The notes under the pieces were generated by a model. It ran no database searches and was not told where the DNA came from. It saw only the letters and a program-made list of their open reading frames with translations. Of a DNA stretch of 64,000 nucleotides, positions 38,742 through 49,682 are shown piece after piece. Numbering within the stretch: the stretch's first letter is position 1; every line of letters begins with the position of its first letter. A program made the position numbers and the translations under genes. This DNA comes from Candidatus Marinacidobacterales bacterium (GTDB taxonomy: Bacteria; Acidobacteriota; Vicinamibacteria; Marinacidobacterales; DATDRI01), in contig OZ245365.1 in NCBI GenBank assembly GCA_965226495.1, positions 5,760,001-5,824,000 of the forward strand, given 5' to 3'.

Positions 38742-39703
38742 CCGGGGTCTTCGGGCGTCTGCTTCTTGAGGGTCTCCACGATTCCGCGAGCCGCCGCCGC
38801 TTGAGCGCCTTCCGGATCGAGCTCCAGATACTTCTCCAAGTGGGTGACGGCCTCTTCGTTCTTGGTCTCACTCACTGAGATCATACCCAGCTGGAAGTGG
38901 GCGAGCGCCCAGCCGGGATCGAGCTCCAACACTTTTTCGAAGGCCGCTCGCGCCGACGTCATGTCGCCCATGTTCATCATCACAGCGCCATAGTTGTACT
39001 GTGCCGGGACTTCGTCGGGCCGCCCCTCCGTTGCCTTCTTCAGGTATTCGGCGGCCTGCGACCAGTCCTGCTGATTGATGTAGTGGTCTCCCATTGCCTG
39101 ATTGGCTTCGAAGTACCCGGGCTTCAGCTCCAGGGCCGCCTGAAAGTGTTCTCGGGCCTTGTCCGCGTTCCCGAGCTTCTCGTTGACGAACCCAAGGTTG
39201 TAGTGGACTTCCGGAAAACCCGGCGCCAGCTCGACCACTTTCTCTAATCCGGCGAGCGCGGCTTGGTAGTCTTCGGCTCGGACGTCATCCATTGCTTTGT
39301 TGAAGTGTGCCTGCGCACCGGGATCCACCCAATCGTCCGGAAGCTTGGGGACGACGATCTCACCCAAGCGGTTGGACTCCCCCATGCTGACGTCCACCTC
39401 CTGTTGGGCCTCCTTGTAGCCTTCCTTCTTGAAGGTCAGCATGTACCTCCCGGAGTGTAGGTTGGCGAGCGTGAACTCTCCATTATCCTTCGTCTTCCCC
39501 TTTCGGGGCCGCCTACTCCCGCCTCTCTCTGTGGGCTCGGCGAGAATCTCCATGTCCGCGATGGTCTGACCATCGTCATCTACTACCGTGCCCCTCAGCG
39601 CCCCCGACGTTTGAGCGTCAGCCGTCGGGGTGCTGAAGAGGGCACAGAGAAGGACGGCCAGCGAGCAGGTCGTAAGCCACGCAAGCTTCGGGTGGTTATT
39701 CAT
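38738..39703 (-). CDS. secreted carboxypeptidase-regulatory-like domain plus TPR protein
   Basis: Signal peptide, GALRGTVVDDDG..GEF..L..GRY..KEGY, multiple TPRs. Confidence 0.85.
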   Translation of the reverse strand: MNNHPKLAWLTTCSLAVLLCALFSTPTADAQTSGALRGTVVDDDGQTIADMEILAEPTERGGSRRPRKGKTKDNGEFTLANLHSGRYMLTFKKEGYKEAQQEVDVSMGESNRLGEIVVPKLPDDWVDPGAQAHFNKAMDDVRAEDYQAALAGLEKVVELAPGFPEVHYNLGFVNEKLGNADKAREHFQAALELKPGYFEANQAMGDHYINQQDWSQAAEYLKKATEGRPDEVPAQYNYGAVMMNMGDMTSARAAFEKVLELDPGWALAHFQLGMISVSETKNEEAVTHLEKYLELDPEGAQAAAARGIVETLKKQTPEDPG

Positions 39704-40305
39704 TATTTCTTGGGCGCCACCTTGGTTAGTCGAATAGGCTCGGTCGTGTACTTTCCGAACTTGATTTGCCCTGTCTTCTCGTCCCATAGCACTTGCACTG
39801 CGATGTTCAGGGTTCCGCTGCCTTTTCCTTCCTTGTCGAGATCAAGAACGATGACCGATATCGGATAATTCGACACTGCGGCGCCGGACATCGCCTGCGA
39901 GCCGCTAATGGGACGATCGGTAGCCAAGACGATGGTCTTTCCTCCTTCTTTATTTGGAAACTCGCGCGCGTAGTGCAGCCGTGTGCTCGGGAACCCCGAC
40001 GATTGGGCGGCGGCACCATGGAATTGGACATTGCCTACATCCGTAGACGCTTGGAGCGCCTTGGTCAGCTCTTCCTGACCCCTCTTTTCGTTCGCATACT
40101 CCGTCACCACTCCCATGAGCTTATTGCGCTCCTCATCGGTGGTCCACCGATCGATAGTGATCTGCAGTGAGGTCGACGCGCCCGCGCCCATCGTGCCCAT
40201 GTTCACCGCACGTGCGTAGTACTTCTCTCCTGCCCCGGCCAACGTGGCGCTCACAGCAAAGGCCAACCCCACGATGACCGCCATCATAACCATACGTCGC
40301 AACAT
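39703..40305 (-). CDS. conserved secreted hypothetical protein
   Basis: RBS AAGGAGG, signal peptide, IDRWTTDEER..LATDRP; stop overlaps the next start. Confidence 0.75.
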   Translation of the reverse strand: MLRRMVMMAVIVGLAFAVSATLAGAGEKYYARAVNMGTMGAGASTSLQITIDRWTTDEERNKLMGVVTEYANEKRGQEELTKALQASTDVGNVQFHGAAAQSSGFPSTRLHYAREFPNKEGGKTIVLATDRPISGSQAMSGAAVSNYPISVIVLDLDKEGKGSGTLNIAVQVLWDEKTGQIKFGKYTTEPIRLTKVAPKK

Positions 40306-40372
40306 AGCTAGCTCCTCCTTGGGGCCAAACGGCCCGTAATTCCGCGGGGCGGATGCCCCATATCCATTGCGC

Positions 40373-40397
40373 AGAGAGAGAGAGAGAGAGAGAGAGA
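40373..40397. repeat. (AG)12A dinucleotide tract
   Basis: Perfect 25-nt AG run in an intergenic region. Confidence 0.95.
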
Positions 40398-40535
40398 TAC
40401 CAGGAAATTCGAATGGATGCAACCGTGAAACCGCCGGATTTTGGTCCCCGGCCTGCGGATGGAATTCACCGTAAAAAACTACCATAAAAGGAGTTAGGGC
40501 TGTGAGCCCCCGGCTCGGAAAGCGCGGGTGATCCC

Positions 40536-41543
40536 TTACTTTGCCCTCAGGCGTTCGAGCTCCTCGGTGAGGGCCTGGATCCGCGGGTCGCCGGGGAGAA
40601 GCTCTTGAAGCACCGCCAAGTGAGGCAAAGCGGCGCGCACCCTACGCGCATCGAGGAGAAGGCGAACCAATTGGATTCGCGACTCGGTGTCGTCCTTGTC
40701 GAGACTCACTGCGGCTTGAAGGACGCGCAACTCCTCTTCGCGGGCGTTTTGCTTCATGAAGCGGGCCAGGGCGGCGCGACCGGCTTCCGTGTCACCGCTG
40801 CGAAGGAGAGCTTGAGCAAGCAAGTACAAGACGTCGTTTCGATCGGGTGCCGCCTTGAGGACTTCACGCAAGACCGGCACCGCTTCCGATGCTCGACCGG
40901 CCTCGAAGAGGACCCGACCGAGCAACATCTTCGCCTCCAAGGCTTGGGGCCCGGTGTTTACGATCGGTCGCAACAAAGCCTCTGCCTTTTCGAAATCGCC
41001 GTCGGCCAGCGCGACCTCGGCAAGAGCGGATTGGGCCAGCGGCTCGCCGGGTGAGAGAGCCCGCGCTCGCTCGATGTCGGCCCGCGCCTCCGCGGCCCGG
41101 CCCAGCTTGAGCAATGAAAGCCCGCGGTAGGTAAACGGGTAGGGGTTCTGCGGCGCCAGATGTTGGGCACGCTTCAAGGCCTCGGCCGCTTCGAAGTAGC
41201 GTGCTTGTTGGTAGAGCACCAAGCCCAAGAAGAAAGCGGCCTGGCCGTTTTGAGGATCCGCTTCGAGCGCTTTCTCGAAGTGGCCCTTGGCAGGTCGTAG
41301 CAGGCCGGCCATGAGACAGCTTTGCCCTAAGAGAAACTGCACGTCGCGGTACCCTGGGTTTACGGCTGCGACCGAGCTCAGAAGCTCCAGTGCCTCATAG
41401 TGCTGGCCGCGCTGAAGGGCCTCCACACCCGCGCCGTAGAGCGCTTCGATGTTTCTCGGCTGGCCGCTCGCGACCGTCGCTTGGAGAAGGAAGAGCGCCA
41501 AGCCGAACGAGCCTGGTAAGCCTCGTAATATTGTCCGGCTCAC
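40536..41543 (-). CDS. secreted TPR repeat protein
   Basis: GTG start overlapping the upstream stop, signal peptide, serial TPRs. Confidence 0.85.
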   Translation of the reverse strand: MSRTILRGLPGSFGLALFLLQATVASGQPRNIEALYGAGVEALQRGQHYEALELLSSVAAVNPGYRDVQFLLGQSCLMAGLLRPAKGHFEKALEADPQNGQAAFFLGLVLYQQARYFEAAEALKRAQHLAPQNPYPFTYRGLSLLKLGRAAEARADIERARALSPGEPLAQSALAEVALADGDFEKAEALLRPIVNTGPQALEAKMLLGRVLFEAGRASEAVPVLREVLKAAPDRNDVLYLLAQALLRSGDTEAGRAALARFMKQNAREEELRVLQAAVSLDKDDTESRIQLVRLLLDARRVRAALPHLAVLQELLPGDPRIQALTEELERLRAK

Positions 41544-43330
41544 TGGCCGGTCCCCTCCAAGGCTCGACGCGAAGCGATCCCTTCGCCCTGCCGCCAGACC
41601 ACCAACTGACCGCCCGTGAGGTTCGTCTGTTTCTCCACGCTGCCGTCGGGCCACCGTACTTCGATCTCGTCGATTTGGTCGGCGTCGTCGAGCCCGAGGT
41701 GGACCCGCGTGTCGCTATGGGAGGCATAGCTCCCACCGTCGGCCACCTCACGCCGCAGCTCGCGAGAGCCGATCCGAGCGATCACGCGGCTTCCGTAGGC
41801 GTGGGTGTTCGGCGCCTGCCCGACGAGCTCCAGAAGCAGGAAACGCTCGGGCCGTCCCGCATCGTTGCGCCACACCCGCGCCCGCCCCCCGCAGCTCGCG
41901 ATCACCAGGTCGCGGTCGCCGTCGCCGTCGATGTCACCCGTGGCTAGGCCTCGGGAGGAAAGCGCCTCACCGGGGAACTCCTTCATCTCGAAGCGGCCCT
42001 GCCCATCGTTGAGGAACAGCTGATCCGGCATGAAGTAACTACTGCCGGGGATGAACTCGGAGGCGTTCTCGAACACGTGGCCGTTTCCCACCGCGAGATC
42101 GAGATCCCCGTCGCCCTCGACATCCAGCGCGCCGATCCCCCAGCTCACCATCTCCAAAGAGGGCAAGCCCAGGCCGCTCGGAAAGCTATCGTCGTTGAAG
42201 AATCCCCTACCGGCATCGACGTAGAAGCGGTTCGGCTCCTTCTGGAAGTTGGTCAGGAAGATCGTCATCTTCCCCTTCCCGGTGAAGTCCCCCGCGGCGG
42301 CACCCATGCCCCCCTCGACCCCCCCGGTCATACCAAAACCGACCCCGGACTCCGCCGCTACCTCTCGGAGGCGCTTGCCCTCATTGAAGTAGAGAAGGTT
42401 TTGAGAGCGGTCGTTGGCGACATAGATATCTTGGTCTCCATCGTCATCGAGATCGCTGACCGCGATTCCCATTCCCCGCCCCGTGGGCACGACTCCCGCT
42501 TCGCTAGAGACGTCCACGAAACGACCGTCCTCGTTCCGGTAGAGCCTATCTGGGGCGGGAGGATACTGCTCAGGGCTGCAGTAAATCTCGAGAGTACCGG
42601 CCTTGCAATGTTTCTCCTTAGAGACGTCGTATTGGAGGTAATTGACGACATAGATGTCCTGATCTCCGTCGAGGTCGTAGTCCAGGAAAGCGGCGGCGTT
42701 ACTCCAGGACGGGTCCTCGGCTCCCACCTCCACGCGTTGGAAGCGCCCTTCACCATTGTTGCGGTAGAGAGCATTGGGTCCGTAGTTGAGGACGTAGAGA
42801 TCCAAGTCGCCGTCGCCGTCGTAATCGCCCACGGCGCAGCCACTGCCGTAGCCAGTGTCCCCGGTACCGGAGAGCTCGGTCACGTCTTCGAACGTACCGT
42901 CGCCGCGATTGCGGAAGAGACGATTGCGGGGGGTCGTGCCGGGAGGCGCACCAGGAAGGGGGGATCCATTTACTAGATAAAGATCCAGGTCTCCGTCCCC
43001 GTCGGCGTCGAAGAGCGCCACACCAGGACTCATCGTCTCGACGTAGTAGTGGCGGCCCGCGGCGCCACTGTAGTGTACGAAGTCCATGCCCGATGCTTTC
43101 GTGACGTCGGTGAAAGGGAAAGAGGATCCCGTGGGCACGTCTTTTCTCTCGGGACCGCTCTCCACCGGGACATCTGCTTTCTTCTCGGTCAGGTCGGTCA
43201 GGTCCGTATTGCCCGCGGGATCCTCCTTGGGCGGGTTCGAGCAGCCGCCGAAAGAAAACGCTGCCATCAGTAGGACAGAAAAAAGGAAGGCGAGCATATT
43301 TTTCTTTGTTGAGTGCGCTGGGGCTGCCAT
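41540..43330 (-). CDS. CRTAC1-family FG-GAP repeat / ASPIC-UnbV lipoprotein
   Basis: Lipobox FGGC; repeated DxDGDGDxDL motifs; C-terminal GGSYASHS..VHLGL..EVRWPDG. Confidence 0.92.
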   Translation of the reverse strand: MAAPAHSTKKNMLAFLFSVLLMAAFSFGGCSNPPKEDPAGNTDLTDLTEKKADVPVESGPERKDVPTGSSFPFTDVTKASGMDFVHYSGAAGRHYYVETMSPGVALFDADGDGDLDLYLVNGSPLPGAPPGTTPRNRLFRNRGDGTFEDVTELSGTGDTGYGSGCAVGDYDGDGDLDLYVLNYGPNALYRNNGEGRFQRVEVGAEDPSWSNAAAFLDYDLDGDQDIYVVNYLQYDVSKEKHCKAGTLEIYCSPEQYPPAPDRLYRNEDGRFVDVSSEAGVVPTGRGMGIAVSDLDDDGDQDIYVANDRSQNLLYFNEGKRLREVAAESGVGFGMTGGVEGGMGAAAGDFTGKGKMTIFLTNFQKEPNRFYVDAGRGFFNDDSFPSGLGLPSLEMVSWGIGALDVEGDGDLDLAVGNGHVFENASEFIPGSSYFMPDQLFLNDGQGRFEMKEFPGEALSSRGLATGDIDGDGDRDLVIASCGGRARVWRNDAGRPERFLLLELVGQAPNTHAYGSRVIARIGSRELRREVADGGSYASHSDTRVHLGLDDADQIDEIEVRWPDGSVEKQTNLTGGQLVVWRQGEGIASRRALEGTGQ

Positions 43331-43478
43331 GTGGCTCCAGGGTGTCTTTAGTTATGTCGTTGGCGCCAAGCCGTCTCATGAGCCGGTAGCAGCAGAAATA
43401 ACTATATCAGCTTTGGCGGTGGTCAGAAGCAGGGCTGGAGTTCGGTGGGAACTTCGGCGTCCCATGCCGCTGCGAGCG

Positions 43479-43506
43479 AAAAAAAGGGGGCCCGGAGGCC
43501 CCCTTT
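43479..43506 (-). terminator. intrinsic terminator after the TonB-dependent receptor gene
   Basis: Minus strand AAAGGGGGCC-TCCG-GGCCCCCTTTTTTT, ~25 nt after the stop. Confidence 0.85.
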
Positions 43507-43531
43507 CGGCTTACGCCTTTTGGCTGTCCTG

Positions 43532-46518
43532 TTAGAAGTTCAAGCGAGCGCCAAGGAACAGACTGCGAGGCACACTGAACAAGACGCCTTCGCCGAAGGC
43601 GACACCACCCTCGCCCGACTCCAGGTCCTGGTTCCGTGTGGCGTCCTGGTTGTCGAAGACGTTGAAGATGTCGGCGAAGAGCTGCACGTTCCACCTTCCG
43701 CCCTGGTTGACGTAGTACTGAATCCGCATGTCGAAAATGCCGAACGAGGGGTTCGTGAGGGCGCCCACCGCGCCCGGCCTAATCCAGCGTTGATTGGTGA
43801 TGCCGGCGAACTCGAACGGTTCGGATACGCGGGACGGTAGGTTCCGCCTGAAGGCCCGGAAGGTGCTGCTGGCGTGCGTTCCCGAGTTCCAGCGGTAGAA
43901 ACCGCCGAGCTCGAGTCCCATGTCGAACCGGTAGGTCCCGGCGAACTTCAACAAGTGGTTGATCAGGCCGGGCTGGGTTGCCTCCTGGTTCGGCGACCGG
44001 GGATCCAGCCACAGCACCCTGGAAGTCCGCGTTGGAGTCCGAGTTGGAGTTCCCCGTCGCATCGCTATAGGTATACCCTGGAAGCCAAGTCGCCTACGAA
44101 GCCAAGGCCTGCCAGCCATCGGAGAAGCGCTTCCGGTAGACGAACTCGAGGTGGTCGGACGTGCGCTCGCCACCCGCCAGGGTGGCGATGACGAAGTTGG
44201 ATGCCGGGAATTCACTATAGCCGAAGTAATCCAGCCCCAGGTACAGAGAGTCGGGATGATCGATCGGCCCCGGATAGCAGTCGCCGGCATACAGACACAT
44301 GTCGTAGTCCTCGAGGATGTCGTCCGTCTTCCGGTGGGTGTAGAGAGCTTGGAAGCTCATCAACGGAGCTACCTCGATCTCGTAGGTGACCTGGAGGTCG
44401 GTGGTGACCGGCGTTTTGGTCGTGGGAGCGAACAGAGCGTCCTGGACCTGCGCCCCGCCGCGGACACGGTAGGTCGTCCACTCCTCGAGGTCCGAGGTAT
44501 AGACCTGCTCGTGCGTAATGGCGCCGGTTAGCGAACCGGCGAAATCCGTCATGTTGAGCCGAATGGGGTCATAGTACTGGCCCCAGAAAACCGACACCTT
44601 CTGCAACCCTTGGCCGCCGATGTCATAGATGGCGCTGAGCCGGGGAGCCCAGGTCGTGTCGAAGAAGCTGATCGACGTGTCGTCCGTCGCAAAGTGATCG
44701 TAATTCTCGGCGCGAAGACCGACGTTGAAGACGAAGTTGTTCACGGAAAAGGTGTCCTGGACGAAGAAGGCGAGGTCCCGCACCCTGAAATCCTTTGGAC
44801 CCTCCTGCACCTGGATGCGCCGCTCGTAGTTGGTTTTGTCATGGGGATTGCCCGCCGTGCTGTTGTAGCGAAGACTGGCGCCGAGCTCCTCTCCAGTGAT
44901 GGTCCCATCCCTGTTGGTGTCGTAGGCGTTCAGGTACTCCTGCTTGCGGGGGCTGGCGTTGACGGTGTCGTTGAATCCGTTGACGTCACTTGGGTTCGTG
45001 GGGTCGAAGCGGCTGTTGCTGAAGTCCCCGGCTACGATCTCGCTCGCGAGGACGCCGGAATGCTGGTTGGCGACCGAGGTCCACTCCCCCGCCGAGATCT
45101 CGTTTTCAAAGCGGGACCTTTCACCCCACTCGAAGCCGCCCCTGACGTCGTGCTGCTCGATGTTCCAATTCGCGCTGACGTTGAAACCCTGGCCATCGCG
45201 TTGGTCAATAATTTCTCGTCCCCATGCGCCGAGCTGCTCGTCCTCGAGGGTGCGAACATCATTGGTGCGGAAGGTGATGTCGTTAGCCGGCCCGGAGTCG
45301 GCGGCTAGGTCGGTGACCTCTCCGTTGTGTTTGCTCCAGTTGGCGTCCATAAGCACGTCGGTGCCAAACAGATGCGACCAAGCGAGACGGAAATTGTTCC
45401 CACCTTGCACCCGGGCGCGGTTACGGGTGTTCAAGATGTTCCGCTCCAGGCGGCCGTCGCGGTCGAACGGATCGCTAAAGAAGGTGAACGAGAAGGTGTC
45501 GCTGGCGCCCGGCGATGCCGTTCCCCTCGCGTACCACTGGTTTTCGACGGTACCCACAGTTCGGAGGAACTCCGCCGTGTCTAGGGTAGCGATGTCGTTA
45601 TCTCTCTCCACCCGGCGGTAGCTAAAGAAGCCCCAGGCTTTGTCCATCACGATCGGTCCGCCCAGAGTGAAGGCGGTGTCGAATCGCGAGAAGTTTTGCG
45701 ACTCGGCGTTCGTGTCCGACGCCTGTAAGCTGTCGTTCTGGAAGAAGTAGTTCGCGGAGCCGTGGAGGAGTGTTGGTTCCCGACTTGGTGACCACGCTCG
45801 AGATTAGTCCGGGGGCCCCCACGTACTGGGCGGGGATACCACCGGTGAGCACCTTCTGCTCCTGGATGATCTCGGTGTTCAGGTTGGATCCGAAGGTTCC
45901 TTGCAACCCGTCCGTGGTGTTCACACCGTCGATGTAGTAGAAGTTGTCTCTGGAGACACCGTTGTCTCCGAAGATGTCCCGGTAGTTCAATCCGGTCTTG
46001 GAGGCCGGGTTGCCCTGCGCCCTGGGATCGTCGGGGAAGACGCCAGGAACGAGCTGGAGATAGTCCTGGTAGGTACGGCCTGTCGGCAGAGATTCCGTCA
46101 GCTCGAGGGTGATGTCCTGGCCGGTCAAGGCGCTGGTGGTGTCCACCAATGGCGTAACCGAAGTGACGGTTACCGTCTCCGCCACGCCCGCCACGGCTAG
46201 GCTCACCTGAAGCGACGCGGTGTGACCGGAACGCACCAAGACGTTTTCGTTCCTGGATGGAGCAAAGCCAGCCATCTTCACCTCGACGACGTACATAGCC
46301 GACGGTGAGAGAGCCTGAAGGGTGGCTTCACCTTGGCTATTGGTCACAACCTCTCTCGGTGTGGTGGAGTCCGAGGCGGATGCGGAGACGACTGCTCCGG
46401 GTAGTCGACCGCCTTGCGCGTCAGACACGATCACCTGGAGAGTGCCTGTGAGGACCTGCGCTGACGCCATGCTTGCGACAAGCACAATCGCCAGGAAGGC
46501 CACAAGTTTAAGTTTCAT
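43532..46518 (-). CDS. Oar-like TonB-dependent receptor with N-terminal carboxypeptidase-like domain, split by frame breaks
   Basis: Three ORF pieces form one protein: signal and CarboxypepD domain, plug (LPTGRTYQDYLQLVPGV, VVTKSGTN), barrel (FFVQDTF..NVGLR, APRLS), terminal PRSLFLGARLNF. Breaks at ~45768, ~44077-44096 and ~44015. Confidence 0.85.
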
Positions 46519-46935
46519 GATTCCTCCTTGAATCGTAGGTGCGATTGGAAGCAAATGCTCCCTATCTTGAAGCAATAGCACTAGACATATCCTGGTGATT
46601 GTGCAAGAAATATACCCGAAATCAAAAACGGGCTAGTCATCTGAAAGTGTTTATTTTGCAAGGATAAGGCCAAATCAGTATACAGTCCACCCCCGGTCAG
46701 TGAACCACGTTATCCAAAACATTGGATCTTCGTTCACCTTGCCGGATCGTCTACAAAGCGATTGAACTTCTCGCTCAAGGAATTGAGTAATTTTGCCCTA
46801 ACCGCTCGAGCGCGGAAGGGGCAGTGCGGCCTAGAAGTGCAGTCTGGACGTGGTTCGGAAGCGGAGATTACCCAGGAAAGTGCCCGCGAGAAGGAGTTTT
46901 TCTTTCCGGAGGTCGAGAAACGTGCCGACGATCCT

Positions 46936-48288
46936 CTACTCGGAGTCCAGCGATGGGCGGCGACTCGGATCGAGCTCGAAAACGTAGTCGCCCAGATGGG
47001 TGATTTGCTCTTCCCCCATCATGTACCGCAGCGTGTTCTTGAGCTTGGTGAGCTGAATGAACAGGTCGTGCTCGGGGTACACACCCTGAGGAGACATTGG
47101 GCTCTTGAAATAAAATGACAACCACTCTTGGATGCCCTTGAACTTGGCCCGCTGCGCCAAGTCGAAAAAGAGAGCCAGATCCAACACGAGGGGTGCGGCC
47201 AGGATGGAATCTCGGCAAAGGAAGTCCACCTTGATCTGCATCGGGTAGCCCAGCCAGCCGAAGATATCGATGTTGTCCCAACCTTCTTTATTGTCACCCC
47301 GGGGTGGGTAATAGTTGATGCGGACCTTGTGGTAGAAGTCGCCGTAGAGATCGGGGTATAGCTGCGGCTGGAGAATATGTTCGAGCACCGATAATTTGCT
47401 CTCCTCTTTGGTCTTGAAGGAGCCGGGATCGTCCAGGACTTCACCGTCTCGGTTTCCCAGGATGTTGGTGGAGAACCAACCGCTGAGCCCCAGCATGCGA
47501 GCCTTGAGGCCGGGGGCGATGATGGACTTCATTAAGGTCTGCCCGGTCTTGAAGTCTTTGCCCCCGATGGGGACGCCGTTTTGGTAGGCCAGCATCTCGA
47601 GTGCCGGAATGTCTACGGTCAGGTTCGGCGCTCCGTTCGCATAGGGCACGCCGCTCTTCAATGCCGCGTACGCATAGATCATGCTGGGCGCGATCTCGGG
47701 TGAGTTCTCCTTGAGACCCCGCTCGAAGGCCCCGAGGTCCTTGTGCACGTCCCCGGGCGTCAGGTAGGACTCGGTCGACGCGCACCAAACCATGACCGCT
47801 CGCTTCGCGCCGGTCTGGTTCTTGATGGCCTCGATGTCCTCCATGACCTGCTCCGCGAGATCCATCTTGTTCTTGCCCTGCTTGACGTGGGTGCCGTTCA
47901 GACGCTTGACGAAGTTCTGGTCGAAGACTGCCTTAAAGGGCTTGATGGACTCGAGGTCACCTCGAAGTTGTTCGAGCTGAGAACTCTCGAGAACTCCCGC
48001 TTTGGTAGAAGCCTGGAAGGCGTCTTCCTCGAAGATGTCCCACGCCGCGAAGGCGAGGTCTTCGAGTCTTGCCAAGGGGACGAAGTCTTTGATGGCGGGA
48101 ACACGGTTCTCGGTACGCTTTCCGAGCCGGATGGTGCCCATTTGGCTAAGCGAGCCGATCGGCTTGGCGATGCCTTTGAGCACCGCCTGCACGCCCGCGA
48201 TGAACGTGGTGCTTACGGCGCCGAGGCCAGGGAGCATTACGGCGAGCTTCCCATCTGCGCTGTCGATTTGAAATTGTTTCTTGGCCAT
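46936..48288 (-). CDS. ino1: myo-inositol-1-phosphate synthase
   Basis: GLGAVSTT, WCASTE, NGAPN, GKDFKTGQT, NILGNRDG, GDNKE, RDSILAAP. Confidence 0.95.
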   Translation of the reverse strand: MAKKQFQIDSADGKLAVMLPGLGAVSTTFIAGVQAVLKGIAKPIGSLSQMGTIRLGKRTENRVPAIKDFVPLARLEDLAFAAWDIFEEDAFQASTKAGVLESSQLEQLRGDLESIKPFKAVFDQNFVKRLNGTHVKQGKNKMDLAEQVMEDIEAIKNQTGAKRAVMVWCASTESYLTPGDVHKDLGAFERGLKENSPEIAPSMIYAYAALKSGVPYANGAPNLTVDIPALEMLAYQNGVPIGGKDFKTGQTLMKSIIAPGLKARMLGLSGWFSTNILGNRDGEVLDDPGSFKTKEESKLSVLEHILQPQLYPDLYGDFYHKVRINYYPPRGDNKEGWDNIDIFGWLGYPMQIKVDFLCRDSILAAPLVLDLALFFDLAQRAKFKGIQEWLSFYFKSPMSPQGVYPEHDLFIQLTKLKNTLRYMMGEEQITHLGDYVFELDPSRRPSLDSE

Positions 48289-48463
48289 GGCTGATTCTCC
48301 GGGCCCCGATGGGGCAGTTTTGGTCTTCCGTCGTGAGAGAAGGCGTCCTTTTTACTCCATTCTGGTCGATCGGTTCAACTCTTAGGAGCTTGGCGGAAAC
48401 GGTGACAGCACGCTGAAGCGTGCGCTTCGTTTTATTCGGAGCTTGGTATAGAAAGGATTGAAT

Positions 48464-49618
48464 CTAACGGCCGCGGAGCAAATCCAAGTTCTCTCGCGCA
48501 ACTTGCGACCACTCCGAGCTAGGATCTTGGGTCAAGTACGCGAGCCAATACTGGGCCGCCAAGTTGCCCGATCCGACCTCCTGGTAAAAGACTGCGAGGT
48601 TGTAGAGCACCATGGGATTCTCCGGCTCGATGCCGCGCGCGCGCTGCAGCAAGCCGAGCCCCTCCCGCATCATCGCAGCGGATTGGTCCGGTTCTCGGAG
48701 CGCTTTCTCGAAATAGAGAACCGCCATCCCATTGAGGACGGCGACGGCGACGGCGACCGACTCCGGTGCAAGCTCCGAAGCTTCTCGTAGCTCGGTCTCG
48801 GCTTCTTTGAGCCGCCCCGCATCGAGTAAGAAAAGGCCCAGCGCCAGCTTGGCCGTTACTTCGTTGGGGGCAAGAGCGACGGCTCGCCGGAATCTAAGTT
48901 CGATCTCCGCTTCGATCGCTTCTTGCTCGGGATCCGTGACGTCGAACCCGCTTCGGGTTACCCGGGCGCGCACGAAGCCTGGAATATAGCGAAGCGGCAC
49001 TCGACCCGTTCCTTGCCGGATGTTGATGAGTGCGTCGGTCGCCTGCGCCACGAGCCGGCGGCTACTCATGGGAGCGATGACGTAGCTTTGAATGACAAAG
49101 AAGAGAACTGCGAACCCGGCGACGGCCGCTGCGACTGGAAGGGTCGTTCTCAATTGACTCCATGGGAGCTTTCGTTGTGAGCTCGGGCTTGTCTCGATGA
49201 TGCGCGATCTGAGCCGGGCTAGGAGCTCCGCCGGGGTGGGGTGAGGGTGCTCGTTCAACACGGCCTCCTCGTTCGCCGAAGGAGGCTTCTCGGAACCGAG
49301 CGCGGCGGCCACATCCCTCAGACAATCCACGCAGCTATCTAAGTGGTCTTCTATTTCGGCTCGCTGCGAGCGAGACAAAGTTCCTTCGATGAAGTGATAC
49401 ACCTCTTCCGGGCTGAGGTGGCCCTCAGTTGGAGGATCCGAATTCATTGCGTTGCCCTCTTTCGTGAAGGCCGAGGGCTCTCTAAGTAACAACACCGCGA
49501 GCTGACATCGCTCGCAGGTAGCGAGGTGGGTTTCCACCCCGCTCAAAATCGCCGGATCCAGCTTACCCCGTGCGTGTGCGGCGAGCACACTGGGAGAGGG
49601 GCAGTCACCCGGACTCAC
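48464..49618 (-). CDS. anti-sigma factor with two zf-HC2 motifs, TM helix and periplasmic TPRs
   Basis: HLATCERC and HLDSCVDC; hydrophobic segment; C-terminal TPR; directly downstream of the ECF sigma gene. Confidence 0.82.
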   Translation of the reverse strand: MSPGDCPSPSVLAAHARGKLDPAILSGVETHLATCERCQLAVLLLREPSAFTKEGNAMNSDPPTEGHLSPEEVYHFIEGTLSRSQRAEIEDHLDSCVDCLRDVAAALGSEKPPSANEEAVLNEHPHPTPAELLARLRSRIIETSPSSQRKLPWSQLRTTLPVAAAVAGFAVLFFVIQSYVIAPMSSRRLVAQATDALINIRQGTGRVPLRYIPGFVRARVTRSGFDVTDPEQEAIEAEIELRFRRAVALAPNEVTAKLALGLFLLDAGRLKEAETELREASELAPESVAVAVAVLNGMAVLYFEKALREPDQSAAMMREGLGLLQRARGIEPENPMVLYNLAVFYQEVGSGNLAAQYWLAYLTQDPSSEWSQVARENLDLLRGR

Positions 49619-49682
49619 GCCGACCCCTCCCCACTCAGATGAGACGAATTTTCCATCTGCAGTCCTCCCTCCGTGTAGGACA

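Noticed and set aside
44094-44096. TAG readthrough (pyrrolysine) in the TonB receptor
   Set aside because: The TAG lies in a scrambled insert and further indels follow; no pyl genes.
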